Assembly (NCBI GenBank): GCA_024640135.1
Contig: JAHEFO010000001.1
Location: 10,035-61,443, forward strand
Length of the DNA stretch: 51,409 nt
Source of the DNA: Acidobacteriota bacterium
GTDB lineage: Bacteria; Acidobacteriota; Vicinamibacteria; Vicinamibacterales; SCN-69-37
Direction of reading: 5' to 3'
Shown here: piece by piece, positions 50,875 to 51,409 of the stretch
Layout of the letters: every line of letters begins with the position of its first letter
Position numbering within the stretch: the first letter of the stretch is position 1
Notes under the pieces: model-generated
Seen by the model: the letters and a program-made list of their open reading frames with translations, nothing else
Database searches by the model: none
What the model was told of the DNA's origin: nothing
Made by a program: the position numbers and the translations under genes

Positions 50875-51409
50875 ACCCGTTCCGCGCGACGCCGTTCGCC
50901 GCATGGCCGAATACCATCCGCCGACCGACGGGCGTGAGGGCAAGCTGCGCCTCGATTTCAACGAGAACATGGTCGGCTGCTCGCCGGCGGTGCTGGCCGC
51001 CATTCATAGCCGCGCGACCGAGGCCTCGCTCACGGTGTATCCGGAGTACGGCGCCGCACGACAGGAACTGGCCGCGTTCTTCGGCGTGGCCACAGACGAG
51101 ATGCTCCTGACGAACGGCACCGACGAGGCCATCCAGTTGCTGGTGAATACGTTTGTGAATCCCGGCGACGAGATGCTGCTGCCCAGACCCACGTACGCGA
51201 TGTATCGCTTCTACGGCGAACTGGCCGGTGCGCGGATCCGCGAGGTCGACTACCGTCGTCCCGGCCTCGACTTCCCGGCTGCGGCTCTCCTGGCGGCGAT
51301 CACTCCGGCGACGAAGGTCGTCTGTCTGGCAAATCCGAACAACCCGACTGGCACCAGCACATCCACCGACGTTCTGCAGACGATTCTCGAGCGCGCTCCC
51401 CATGCCGCC
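50858..51409 (+). CDS. hisC: Histidinol-phosphate aminotransferase (partial, 3' end outside the window)
   Basis: This is my own translation, since the frame has no stop in the window and so is missing from the track. It reads MSRPARPVPRDAVRRMAEYHPP...LRLDFNENMVGCSP...YPEYG...LTNGTDEAIQLL...LANPNNPTG. It overlaps the hisD end by 17 nt. Confidence 0.85.
   Translation, partial: MSRPARPVPRDAVRRMAEYHPPTDGREGKLRLDFNENMVGCSPAVLAAIHSRATEASLTVYPEYGAARQELAAFFGVATDEMLLTNGTDEAIQLLVNTFVNPGDEMLLPRPTYAMYRFYGELAGARIREVDYRRPGLDFPAAALLAAITPATKVVCLANPNNPTGTSTSTDVLQTILERAPHAA

Noticed and set aside
1-51409. rRNA, tRNA or other structured RNA genes
   Set aside because: No intergenic region here is long enough and unexplained. 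The largest are 217 nt (his leader), 195 nt (tandem repeat) and 156 nt (PIN remnant). None of them shows a cloverleaf-like arrangement.

Overview
This is a high-GC bacterial chromosomal segment, roughly two-thirds G+C by eye. The gene content (LapA-like protein, lipoprotein, DUF1800/DUF1501 pair, MOT1-type transporter) suggests a Gram-negative organism, perhaps Acidobacteriota or Gemmatimonadota, but that is inference only. I support about 50 protein-coding genes, mostly housekeeping. They include a DprE1/DprE2-like epimerase pair with a deoxyhypusine-synthase-like gene, lpdA-E2-lipB, an HU-family gene, queF, a membrane-bound molybdoenzyme, a long minus-strand transporter/peptidase array, two tandem CrtI-family oxidoreductases, and hisI-hisG-hisD-hisC. 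I found no rRNA, tRNA, CRISPR array, transposase or integrase. The one clearly accessory-looking insert is a translationally coupled SNF2 helicase plus a 1069-aa gamma-class N6-adenine methyltransferase (16256-21708). It has no recognisable nuclease and ends in an AT-rich scar fused to a VapC/PIN gene remnant. Other notable signals:
- a His-codon leader peptide with a terminator/antiterminator upstream of hisI
- an in-frame TAG that cuts the conserved C-terminal tail off the E2 acyltransferase
- an MDH/LDH-like protein that has lost all catalytic residues
- a recurring TAnnnT box 6-11 nt upstream of start codons, suggesting leaderless mRNAs
- a perfect 67-bp tandem repeat carrying a GGGACTGTCCC palindrome
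- a molybdoenzyme that appears to face the cytoplasm, with a fused FeS-NrfD subunit

All homology calls come from my reading of the translated ORFs. No database search was run.
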